From NCBI GenBank assembly GCA_944380395.1, contig CALWHM010000002.1, forward strand, positions 1,526 to 65,525: DNA of 64,000 nt. Direction: 5' to 3'. Every line of letters begins with the position of its first letter. Position 1 is the first letter of the stretch. Source of the stretch: an uncultured Clostridia bacterium. Its GTDB lineage: Bacteria; Bacillota; Clostridia; Christensenellales; UBA3700. The position numbers were made by a program, and so were the translations under genes. Positions 17,871-26,484 of the stretch are shown here, piece by piece. A model generated the notes under the pieces. It saw only the letters and a program-made list of their open reading frames with translations. It did not search any database and was not told the DNA's origin.

Positions 17871-19805
17871 CTACCTGAAATTCATCGTGTGCCACACGTC
17901 TTTTATGGCGCGTTCGCAGTCGTATGCGAAAGCCTCCGCGTCCGCTTCCAGTATCTGATTGCGATAGCTGTTATACGGTTCGTCTATTTGATGATCGTAA
18001 TTGAGTATCCACTCTTCAACGCGTGAAGACGTGACGCCCAAATCGTCATAAAGCCACTTGCTCCACCCCGTGTTTTTGGCTTGGAATTGCAGCGCGTGCA
18101 TACATTCGTGCGCCACCGTGTGCACCGTTTGGGAGAAGTCCTTTTTCAGCAAGCCGTTTTTGTACTTTATCACCTGTCCGCCGTTGCAGCACACGCCCTC
18201 CGCGTCGGAAGCGCCGGGTATTCGGTCGTGAAATTCCACCCTGCCCTTTACTTCCACGCCCATCGCGCGCAGCAACAGACGGGTGGCAAGCTCCACCCTT
18301 TCCTGCTTTTCCGTAAGTTCCACGCTCTTCCATTCGGAAGCGTCCGCGCCCGCGCCGCAGCAATACGTGACCAGCATTCCGCACCGTTGATAAAAAGTGA
18401 CGGGCGCGTTCATTATGTTCTTCACGTTCGTTATATCCAGCTGCGACACGTCGTCATAGTTGAACTCCGCCTTAGTGCCCGGCACGCCGCGCACCATCTT
18501 GGAAAAGTCGCCCCAGCCGCTGTCTATAAGCTGACTTTGAGAGGGCAGTTTTTCTATGTAATCGCGCGCCTGTTCGAATCTTCCGCGCACGTGCGCCCTG
18601 ACCGCCGCGCGCCAATCCCTGTCGCGCGAACGCTCCTTTACCGCCAAATTCAGCCCCACATATCCCATAAAAGTAAGGTAGTCGCGCATAAATTTTTCGT
18701 CTTCGGCGCTGTCTTCTATCATTCCGCGCTCGCGCAAAAACTCCTTTACGTCCGTAAAGCCGGGCATTGTGAGATACCTAAAACATATGTCTTCCGCGTT
18801 TACGATAGCCGCCGCTTCCGAATACAGCTCGTGATCGCCGCTTTCGTCTATCACATATACGCGCTGCCCGCCCTTTCCGTACGCCGCCGCCTCAGCATAG
18901 ATTATCTTTTTATTCTCGCCTTCATAACCGTTAAGTCCGGTTATCATCAGCGTGGCGCCCTGCCTTGCGAATATCTCAAAGGACTTTTTCAAGCCCGCTT
19001 CGCTTCTGCCGGCAAGCGCGCTTCTTTCCAGCACATATACGGGAGAGGAACTGTTTTGCACCACGAACAGCTCCGCTTCGTCCATAAACGGAGTGCATAA
19101 AAACACCGTGCCGGGCAGGCGCTGTGACTTGTCTATCTGCGCGGTGAACTCGTAATACTTCCACTCCGTGCTCTCGCGCAGATCGCACACTCCCGATATT
19201 ATGTCCTTATTGTTTTTGCACTCCAGCTCAAAAGCCAGCTTATCGGCGAAATCATCCACCTTTTTCAGTTCGTGCAAAAGCTCCGCCTTGACGTCGGGGA
19301 ACTTCACGCCCTTGTTGAAAAGCGGGTCGGGGAAAGCTATCTTTTCTATCTCCTCCGCCTTTTTTCTGAATACCGCCTGCACCTTGCGGCACTCCTTATC
19401 GGAAGCGGTGGCGGCTTTCCACGAATAAGTGCGCACCTTGCACGCCTGTTCGTCCGCGTCGCGCATCACTTCGTCCACCTGCCTTATAAGCCGCGCCACG
19501 GCGGACAAGACTATCGCGGTTTTGGCGTATCCTTTTTGCTCGGACAGTTTTTGTTTTTGCTCGGCAAAGTCGGCAGCCGCGGCGGCGTCGCCGCTGTCAT
19601 ACCCCTCTTCAAAGTAGATAAGAGCCAGCTTTTTAGCCTGCGTGCGCCAAAGGAGCATTTCCGCTTTTTTCGCATTGTCTTCCGAAAGCCAGCTCTGCTT
19701 TAACAGCGCGGAAAGCTCCGCCTCCGCCTTTTCAAGTTCTGAGCGCGTTACGGAATAATAATATACGAAATTGGCTTTTTCAAGCTGTTCCTTTGCCGTT
19801 GCCAT
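17871..19805 (-). CDS. HExxH metallopeptidase-like protein, paralog 2
   Basis: About 644 aa. Start set at ATG 19805 (GGGGAG 5 nt upstream), whereas the track ORF begins at GTG 19811. HECMH at 18096-18110, followed by EADAEAFA. Confidence 0.55.
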   Translation of the reverse strand: MATAKEQLEKANFVYYYSVTRSELEKAEAELSALLKQSWLSEDNAKKAEMLLWRTQAKKLALIYFEEGYDSGDAAAAADFAEQKQKLSEQKGYAKTAIVLSAVARLIRQVDEVMRDADEQACKVRTYSWKAATASDKECRKVQAVFRKKAEEIEKIAFPDPLFNKGVKFPDVKAELLHELKKVDDFADKLAFELECKNNKDIISGVCDLRESTEWKYYEFTAQIDKSQRLPGTVFLCTPFMDEAELFVVQNSSSPVYVLERSALAGRSEAGLKKSFEIFARQGATLMITGLNGYEGENKKIIYAEAAAYGKGGQRVYVIDESGDHELYSEAAAIVNAEDICFRYLTMPGFTDVKEFLRERGMIEDSAEDEKFMRDYLTFMGYVGLNLAVKERSRDRDWRAAVRAHVRGRFEQARDYIEKLPSQSQLIDSGWGDFSKMVRGVPGTKAEFNYDDVSQLDITNVKNIMNAPVTFYQRCGMLVTYCCGAGADASEWKSVELTEKQERVELATRLLLRAMGVEVKGRVEFHDRIPGASDAEGVCCNGGQVIKYKNGLLKKDFSQTVHTVAHECMHALQFQAKNTGWSKWLYDDLGVTSSRVEEWILNYDHQIDEPYNSYRNQILEADAEAFAYDCERAIKDVWHTMNFR

Positions 19806-19884
19806 TATCACTCCCCATCCGAATTTTTGTCGGGCTTGTCCCTTTTATCTTCCTTTTGTCCTTTTAATGTACTTCCCTCTGCCG

Positions 19885-19912
19885 AAAGCGGTTTCCTAAA
19901 ATATAACCGCTT
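19885..19912 (-). promoter_or_regulatory. Intercistronic stem-loop immediately after the stop codon of the coiled-coil gene
   Basis: On the minus strand, AAAGCGGTT ... AACCGCTTT forms a 9-bp stem with an 11-nt loop, directly 3' of the TAA at 19913-19915 and with no U-tract. It lies in the only long (101-nt) gap of the operon. Confidence 0.35.
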
Positions 19913-21463
19913 TTACATATCGTCGTCGGCAAGAGGTTTGCTGCCGCCGTAACGCAGCCTGTCTTTATCCTCTTCCGTTTCCTCTTCCTGCTCCACGGGA
20001 GTTTCTCCGAACAATTCGGCATCCAAAGTCGCCCTCGCGTCATTTTCTTGTTGTTCGTTTGTAATATCACCATAGAGTTCCTGCTGCGACATTTCTTCCA
20101 TATACATATCGGTCTGTCTTTTACTTTCGTTCATACGTCTAATTTCTTCTTGCTCCTTATTGGCTTGTGCAACAGCCCACGACCTTAGCTGCAAAAGCCC
20201 GTTTTGGAACTCTTCATACTCTTTTTGCGACATGCCGCCCGCTATAAATTGCTGCAATTTATCTATGCCCAGCCTTTTCATTGCCTCAGCGAACACTATG
20301 GGTTGATCCGCATAGCTTTTCAACTCACGCAAAATACTCCCGATATGGAACAGTCTGCTTTCTTTAATTCCTGCTCTTTGTTCAGTGGCGAAAATTTCTC
20401 TTTCCAGCTGGCTGTTTTGCAAACTGACTCTATCGCGCGTGTCCTTCACTCTCTTGGCAAATAAAGTTATCCTTTTATCTTCTGTGGACCCGGGCTTCAC
20501 TTCTCCGTTTCTTACTCGTATTGCCATAGCTCTATATTCCGCCATCATTTTGTCTACTTTGGCGTTATTCTCATCTATTTCAGCCTGCAATGCTTCCGTA
20601 TTGCTCATTGCTGCATTGGTTGCTTTTTCTCTATCGTAAAGCGCTTGCGCCGCCGCCAAACTCTCCTTCAAAGACCTTACGCCGACGATCGTCTTCTTTA
20701 TTCTGTCCACAAGAGGACTCTCTTCAAACGCGATGCTCCTCTTCTCTTCTTCGGTTACTCTATCGGTTTCTGCTTTTTTCCCAAATCCAAAGAGGCTCCT
20801 ATCTTTAGCGGCCTTTTTAAGCGTGCTCCATTCCCTGGCTTTTTCCACAGCTGCCTTAAGCTGTTTTACATGCTCAGATTCGCAAGTTGTTACCAGCCCG
20901 CATTTCATCCATTCATAAATACAATCTTCCACTTCCTCGGCTTTTTTCATTGCCGCCCTAGTGCTGTTGTCCCATACTCCGCTTACCGTCTCTCTAAGTT
21001 CTTTTAGCAGTTCAAGAGATTCGTTAAGCTTTTGATCGCTTATTTCCGTTATATGCATTTCAAGCAATGCTTTGGCGGTGTCCTCCGCCAGGTCTATATA
21101 TTTGAGTACTTCGCTTTTGATATCCATAGTTCCCTCCTTTACTTTGGGGCGTTGTATATTTTTTAAGGCGTCTTCGCGCTTGCCCTTATATTTACTCAAT
21201 TTCTTTTCTTTTTTCGGGTCGTCGAGTTCAACGGCTATGTCCATAAGATCTTTTATGACTTCTTCGTTGGCAAAACCGTCGTTCACGCCCTGTACGACCA
21301 AGCCGTATATATCTTCCACCAGGTTGTCGGAAAGCTCCTGACAGCCGTCTCCGCCGTATCCCCTTTTGATGATATTGGGGAAATCCTTATCAAAGTCTAT
21401 GCCGTTATTGCTTAGCGCGGAGCGTATCTGATTGATTTTTGCCTGCTTTTCCTCTCTATCCAT
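19913..21463 (-). CDS. Long coiled-coil protein with an acidic C-terminal tail (possible Snf7/PspA-like region in the C-terminal half)
   Basis: 516 aa with an AAGGAGG Shine-Dalgarno. E/K/Q-rich heptad sequence. The tail ETPVEQEEETEEDKDRLRYGGSKPLADDDM is strongly acidic. The gene is visibly AT-richer than its neighbours. Confidence 0.35.
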   Translation of the reverse strand: MDREEKQAKINQIRSALSNNGIDFDKDFPNIIKRGYGGDGCQELSDNLVEDIYGLVVQGVNDGFANEEVIKDLMDIAVELDDPKKEKKLSKYKGKREDALKNIQRPKVKEGTMDIKSEVLKYIDLAEDTAKALLEMHITEISDQKLNESLELLKELRETVSGVWDNSTRAAMKKAEEVEDCIYEWMKCGLVTTCESEHVKQLKAAVEKAREWSTLKKAAKDRSLFGFGKKAETDRVTEEEKRSIAFEESPLVDRIKKTIVGVRSLKESLAAAQALYDREKATNAAMSNTEALQAEIDENNAKVDKMMAEYRAMAIRVRNGEVKPGSTEDKRITLFAKRVKDTRDRVSLQNSQLEREIFATEQRAGIKESRLFHIGSILRELKSYADQPIVFAEAMKRLGIDKLQQFIAGGMSQKEYEEFQNGLLQLRSWAVAQANKEQEEIRRMNESKRQTDMYMEEMSQQELYGDITNEQQENDARATLDAELFGETPVEQEEETEEDKDRLRYGGSKPLADDDM

Positions 21464-22589
21464 TGAATCCTCCTTGCCTCACCGCATCCTCCAGCCTGGA
21501 CACGGCGTTCTTTATCGTCGTCTTATCCTTGCACATATATATATCGTCGTCAAGGAAAGTCAGATCTTCCCCCGCCCATGACTCTATAAACGCCGCGACA
21601 AGCTCATAGTCTGCGGCTGTAAGCGCCTTTCTTATTTTATCCAAGGCGAATTTTCCGTAAAAGCGATGCCCGCCCTTTTCATTAAAGAAAAACAGCCAAT
21701 AGTCGTTTTCCTCTTTCACGGAATATTGCAGATATTCGTTAAACGCCCTTTCGTTTTTCAGCGCTTCAAACGTCCCGTCGTCCACCTTTCCGTTTTCGTT
21801 TGCGGGCGCAACGGCAAGGAACACTCCACGCTTTATAAACTTGATGACGCCGTCACCTGCGGACTTGATTGCGGCAAGCGCCTTGAACTCCTCTCCGCTC
21901 AGCTTGAAAATGCCGAACAGCGGCGCCTTCTGACGGGAAAAGCACGAGCGCAATTTATCAAACGCCTGCTGCTGGGCGGAGGGCTTTACCCCGCCCGACT
22001 CTTCAACGGGCGGAATGTCCATATTAAGCTGCTTTTTTACTTTATCTGCATTGTCGTTGTAATTGAATTTTTGGATCTTGGTGAGCTCTTCGGGCGCGGA
22101 GGCAAGCATTTTGAGCATATACCTTGCCGCCCTTTCCCTCAATTTGGCAAAATCGTGCGTTTCCGTCACGTCTTTTTCCGCCTTGAACTTGTTTATATCG
22201 GCAAAGCACACCGCGCTGTAATAGGCATACGCCGCGCGGCAGCGGGATACCTCGCTCTTGTTCACCTCCGTGTAGTCCTTGTCGTAATAGTAGCCCAGGC
22301 GCACCGCTGCCTCCGGATTGCCCGTTGCGGCGGCTTCGCGCGTAAGCTCTATCGCCTTGTTCAGCATAGAGGTGTTTCTGCTCCCTTCACGGGTATGCAC
22401 GGCGGCGTCCAGCCAAGCATAATAACAGCTTTCCGCCAATTGGAATATCTGATCGTTTTCCTTTGTTATCACAAAGTCCGTCATAATATTGCCCATTATC
22501 GTTCTGCAATAGGGGCACGCCCACTCACCGTTATACAGTTCAAGGGGCTGTTCTATCACCTTATTACATTCTTTATTTTCGCAGTTCAT
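21456..22589 (-). CDS. Zn-ribbon plus Sel1/TPR-like repeat protein
   Basis: Start trimmed to ATG 22589 (AAGGAGG upstream). N-terminal CENKEC...CPYC four-Cys ribbon. Sel1-like motif GNPEAAVRLGYYYDKDY. About 200 aa of uncharacterised C-terminus. Overlaps the downstream gene by 8 nt. Confidence 0.5.
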   Translation of the reverse strand: MNCENKECNKVIEQPLELYNGEWACPYCRTIMGNIMTDFVITKENDQIFQLAESCYYAWLDAAVHTREGSRNTSMLNKAIELTREAAATGNPEAAVRLGYYYDKDYTEVNKSEVSRCRAAYAYYSAVCFADINKFKAEKDVTETHDFAKLRERAARYMLKMLASAPEELTKIQKFNYNDNADKVKKQLNMDIPPVEESGGVKPSAQQQAFDKLRSCFSRQKAPLFGIFKLSGEEFKALAAIKSAGDGVIKFIKRGVFLAVAPANENGKVDDGTFEALKNERAFNEYLQYSVKEENDYWLFFFNEKGGHRFYGKFALDKIRKALTAADYELVAAFIESWAGEDLTFLDDDIYMCKDKTTIKNAVSRLEDAVRQGGFNG

Positions 22590-22599
22590 CTGTTCCTCC

Positions 22600-25500
22600 T
22601 TATTCCGCGCCCTGCTCGCTTTCAGGCTGCGTAATGGTGAAGTCTGCGCGCACTTCGTCTGAGCTGTAATTGCCCGTGGCTTGCGCCAGCACATAATAAC
22701 TTCCCGCTTCGGAAGGCTTGCCTTCAAGCAATATATTTCCTTCCTGATTGTAATACTTGTAAGTTATGGTAGCGCTATTATCGCTTGCCGTAACTTCGGG
22801 AGCCTGCGGCGTTCCGTTTGCCGTGAACTCCGCTCCGTTGTTCTTCCAGGTGAGCGTCACCTGTTTTGCGGTTATCTCATACTTGCAGGAAGCCCCGCCT
22901 TCTATGACATAGTTTTTATTGCCCAAAGTCGCCGTGACCGTGTGGCTGCCCGCGTTCGTACCGTAACCGCTGTAAGAGATTTTCAAATCCTCCACATTCA
23001 CGCCGCCCGCGCTTTCCACCTTGGGACCTTGCGCGGAGCCGTTATATGTAAAGGTCTTGCTCTCCCACGTAAGGGTCACGCCCTTTTGCTTTATCGTGTA
23101 ACTCTTGGTCGCGCCGTCCGTTATAGTGTAATCGGAATTACCCAAGCGCGCCGTCACCGTATATTCGCCCGCGTTCGTGCCGTAACCGCTGTAAGAGATG
23201 TTCAAATCGTCCTTACCTTCGCCGTTTACCGTGCCGTTTGCGCTTGTCACCTTGGGATATTGCGCGGAGCCGTTATATGTAAAGGTCGTGCTCTCATCCC
23301 ACGTAAGGGTCACGCCCTTCTTTGCTATCGTGTAACTCTTGGTCGCGCTTGCAAGGTTATAGTTGCCGTTGCTTGTCGACGCGGTGACCGTATGATTTCC
23401 CGCATGAATGCCGCCGGATACGTTGTACGAAAGACTGCTTAACAAATTATCGGATTCTATCGCATTTTCAACTCTTGCCGCCGTAGGATATTGCCGAGAG
23501 CCGCTGTACGTAAAGCTCTCTTCCTCCCAAACCACGGTTGCGGTGCGCTTTGCAATGCTTAACGAAGCCGCTTCGCCATTGGTTATCACATAGTTTTTAT
23601 TGCCCAAAGTCGCCGTAACGGTATAGCTGCCCGCGTTCGTCACGGTGGCGCCGGAATGTGAGAGTATGCTGTAAGTGATACTCAGATCTCCAAGCTCGTG
23701 TCCGGAAGCCAAACCGCTTGCCGAAACCACGGTTATCGTCTTGCCCGTGCCGTCATAGGTGAAGGACTTCTGCGCGCTCCATTCAAGGGACACGCCGCGC
23801 TGAGTTATGGCAAACGAATGCGACGTTGCTTTAAGCGAGTAGTTAGTCATATTCAATGAAGGCGTGACCGTGTAACCGCTGCCTACGTTCGTTTGCTCTC
23901 CGCTGTACGTTATGCTGCTTATAACAAGGTCTTCTTCATCCGCCACCGCGCCGGAAACGCGCACCGCAACGGGGTGCTGAGGCGTATTGTTGTAGATAAA
24001 GCTGCTTGCGTTCCAGCCCGTCACTTCCACTTGCTTCTTGGAAATATTATAGGAATGCGACTGCGCGGAAGCAAAGTAATAGTTGCTGTTTGCCGGAAGA
24101 GTGACGCTCACGCTGCTTCCGCCCGCGTTCACGCCGCCGTTCACGGAGTATATGAGCGAAGCCAGCACGGCGGATTCTTCGCCTGTGACTGCGTCGTTCA
24201 AAGACGTGGCGCGCGGATATTGCTGCGTGCCGTTATAGGTAAATGAAGCGCTCTGCCAGCCGCCCACGGTTATATCGCGCTTGTTTATGGTCACCTGCGC
24301 CGTGGGGTTGGTCAGCACATAGTTGGCGCCCGCAGAAGCCGTGACCGTATAGCTGCCCGCGTTTACGGGGGAACCGCTCATAGTCGCGTCAAACGTGCCG
24401 TCGTCGCCCACTCCGTTCACCTTTGCGGTGGGATATTGCGCCTTTCCGTTATATTCAAAGGCGGTGGTACTGCCCCACTCCACGCTCGCCTCTGCGGGAG
24501 CAATGGTAAAGGCTTTGCTTGCGGAAGCTTCGGACACCCGATAAAGCTCGTCGCTCTCTCCCGTCACGGCTACGTATACCGTATAATTACCGGCGTTTTT
24601 CACATAGTTGCTGCCGTATGACACGGAATACTTTATCTCGTCCTCTCCCACTGCGGCGCCTTCCGCGGGCGTGCATACCGCGCTCTGTTCAACTCCCGTA
24701 TATTCGGAAGGAAGCTCCCAATCAAAGTCTATCGTCTTTTTGTCCACCGCCACTTCCACTTTCTGCGAAGTAACGCTTTTAAGGGAAGTTATCTGCGGCG
24801 CGGCGGCAGTTACCGTCACGGTATAGTTTCCGCTTTGAGCGGGAGTGAGTACGCCCAAATCAAGCGAATCGCCCGTTTCACCGCTCATAACGCCGCCGTC
24901 GTTTGACCACGCGTAAGTGAGAGTAAAGTCTTTTGACGGCGCCACGGCGTTGGAGTTGAGCACTATCTCATCTCCGTACACAAAGGACGTGCCGCCGAGA
25001 GTGGAATCCACGTTCAGCTCCGCCTCATTCACTTCCCATTGAGGATACACTATCACGGAGTTCCTGCTTGAAGCTTCACTGAGCATACTCGTAAGGGACG
25101 TGCGTATGGGTGACACCGCGCCCGTTTCCGTCCAGGAATAATTCCAGCCCGACACGGAAAAGCCCTCCCTTTGGGGAATGGAGCTTAGCAATTCGTTTGC
25201 GGTGCTGGGCACGGCGTAGCGATAGCCCAGCGTGCGCCCTTCCACCACGGTGTTCTTGTAAGAGGCGTCCGTTTCGAATACGTCGTCGTTATCCTCTCCT
25301 ATATATACCTTATATATCTTTTCAAACTGCACCTGCACGGACGCGCCGCCCTCTATCGTCTGTCCTTCTATGGCGCTGCCCGACGCGTCTAAGGGAGCGG
25401 AGAAAATGCGCCCGTCAAAGTTGACGTCGTTCCAATAAAGGTCTTCCGCGGAAGTTTTGTCCGAATGCGCCACATAGGGGAATTCGTCCTCATATGCGCT

Positions 25501-26484
25501 CATCTCGAATTTTTCGCCGTCGTCCCCTATCCAAGTGGGCAAAATTTTGCTCTCCGCCTGCTCATAGGCAGCCGCGTCGTACTTGAACGTGACGTATACC
25601 TCGCCCTTATCCAGATTGCAGGGCACGGCGCCCGCGGTGAGCGCAAACAAGCCGTCGCTTTCTTCTTTGTCCGCCGCCGCGTATGCGGAAGTGCGGAACA
25701 CGTCTATATCCTTTTTATCCACATATATGACGGGGTACGTTCCCGCGTATTCTTCAAGGGCTTCCACGCCCGTGACGGTTATTTCCGGATCCGCTTGCAG
25801 ATACACGCCGCTTATGCCCTCCTGCATAAACAGGGCGGCGTTCACGGCGCTTACGGGTTTGCCGTTGAACTCTTTGGGTATAACCGCCGTTTCGCCATTG
25901 CCTTCAAGCGCGCCGCGCACTTCATATGAATCCGTCTGACTCACATAGCTGTATGTAAGCGTGCGGTTTTCCGAACCGAACTGCTGACCGAAAACGCCGC
26001 GGTCGAAGATGAACGCGGAATAAAACGCCGCCACCAGCAATATTATCACCGTGCACGCCACCGCCGCCGCGAAGGAAATGCCCTTCATTTTGGCTGCGTA
26101 CAGGGAAGATATCACAATGACAGCCACCGTAGCAATATGCAACACCAGCCAAAGCGCCATTGCCGCCGTTGTGAGGGGAGAACCGGAGCCTGCGTCGCGG
26201 CAGAGCACCACGCCCAGCACGGCGCACAGCAGCGCGAGCAGCGCATAGCCTGCAAACAGCGCCGCGGAGTAGCGGAAGCGGAAGTTGGTTATCGCCGTCA
26301 AAGCTATGAACACCGCGTCCAGCGCCAGCAATAGCGCGGGGATCACGAAGTAAACGGGTTCAAAGCCGCCCACTCCCAGCGCGGTTATGACGAATATGTC
26401 CGCCAGCGCGGCGGCAGCCGCGGCAATTATTATCGGCCACTTGCGGCTTTTCAATGTTTTTTCCGTATAAGTGGATGCTCTCAT
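22600..26484 (-). CDS. Polytopic-membrane-anchored giant surface protein with about 10 MBG/Ig-like repeats
   Basis: 1294 aa. Five hydrophobic helices in the first ~165 aa, which predicts an outside C-terminus. Repeated ~80-aa modules follow, with the signature F(T/I)YNG..Q.P ... NAG.YTVTA..GN.NY. The start ATG overlaps the upstream stop (ATGA at 26481-26484). Confidence 0.7.
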   Translation of the reverse strand: MRASTYTEKTLKSRKWPIIIAAAAAALADIFVITALGVGGFEPVYFVIPALLLALDAVFIALTAITNFRFRYSAALFAGYALLALLCAVLGVVLCRDAGSGSPLTTAAMALWLVLHIATVAVIVISSLYAAKMKGISFAAAVACTVIILLVAAFYSAFIFDRGVFGQQFGSENRTLTYSYVSQTDSYEVRGALEGNGETAVIPKEFNGKPVSAVNAALFMQEGISGVYLQADPEITVTGVEALEEYAGTYPVIYVDKKDIDVFRTSAYAAADKEESDGLFALTAGAVPCNLDKGEVYVTFKYDAAAYEQAESKILPTWIGDDGEKFEMSAYEDEFPYVAHSDKTSAEDLYWNDVNFDGRIFSAPLDASGSAIEGQTIEGGASVQVQFEKIYKVYIGEDNDDVFETDASYKNTVVEGRTLGYRYAVPSTANELLSSIPQREGFSVSGWNYSWTETGAVSPIRTSLTSMLSEASSRNSVIVYPQWEVNEAELNVDSTLGGTSFVYGDEIVLNSNAVAPSKDFTLTYAWSNDGGVMSGETGDSLDLGVLTPAQSGNYTVTVTAAAPQITSLKSVTSQKVEVAVDKKTIDFDWELPSEYTGVEQSAVCTPAEGAAVGEDEIKYSVSYGSNYVKNAGNYTVYVAVTGESDELYRVSEASASKAFTIAPAEASVEWGSTTAFEYNGKAQYPTAKVNGVGDDGTFDATMSGSPVNAGSYTVTASAGANYVLTNPTAQVTINKRDITVGGWQSASFTYNGTQQYPRATSLNDAVTGEESAVLASLIYSVNGGVNAGGSSVSVTLPANSNYYFASAQSHSYNISKKQVEVTGWNASSFIYNNTPQHPVAVRVSGAVADEEDLVISSITYSGEQTNVGSGYTVTPSLNMTNYSLKATSHSFAITQRGVSLEWSAQKSFTYDGTGKTITVVSASGLASGHELGDLSITYSILSHSGATVTNAGSYTVTATLGNKNYVITNGEAASLSIAKRTATVVWEEESFTYSGSRQYPTAARVENAIESDNLLSSLSYNVSGGIHAGNHTVTASTSNGNYNLASATKSYTIAKKGVTLTWDESTTFTYNGSAQYPKVTSANGTVNGEGKDDLNISYSGYGTNAGEYTVTARLGNSDYTITDGATKSYTIKQKGVTLTWESKTFTYNGSAQGPKVESAGGVNVEDLKISYSGYGTNAGSHTVTATLGNKNYVIEGGASCKYEITAKQVTLTWKNNGAEFTANGTPQAPEVTASDNSATITYKYYNQEGNILLEGKPSEAGSYYVLAQATGNYSSDEVRADFTITQPESEQGAE
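22630..25000 (-). repeat. Intragenic tandem repeats encoding MBG-like modules
   Basis: About 240-bp units. The youngest copies are near-identical at the DNA level, for example CCGTAACCGCTGTAAGAGAT at ~22960 and ~23180, and ACGTAAGGGTCACGCCCTT at ~23060 and ~23300. Confidence 0.7.

Noticed and set aside
22630-25000. Near-identical repeats in the surface-protein gene as a diversity-generating retroelement target or invertible phase-variation cassette.
   Set aside because: The window contains no reverse transcriptase, no template repeat outside the gene, no flanking inverted repeats and no nearby active recombinase. The pattern is simple tandem domain duplication.
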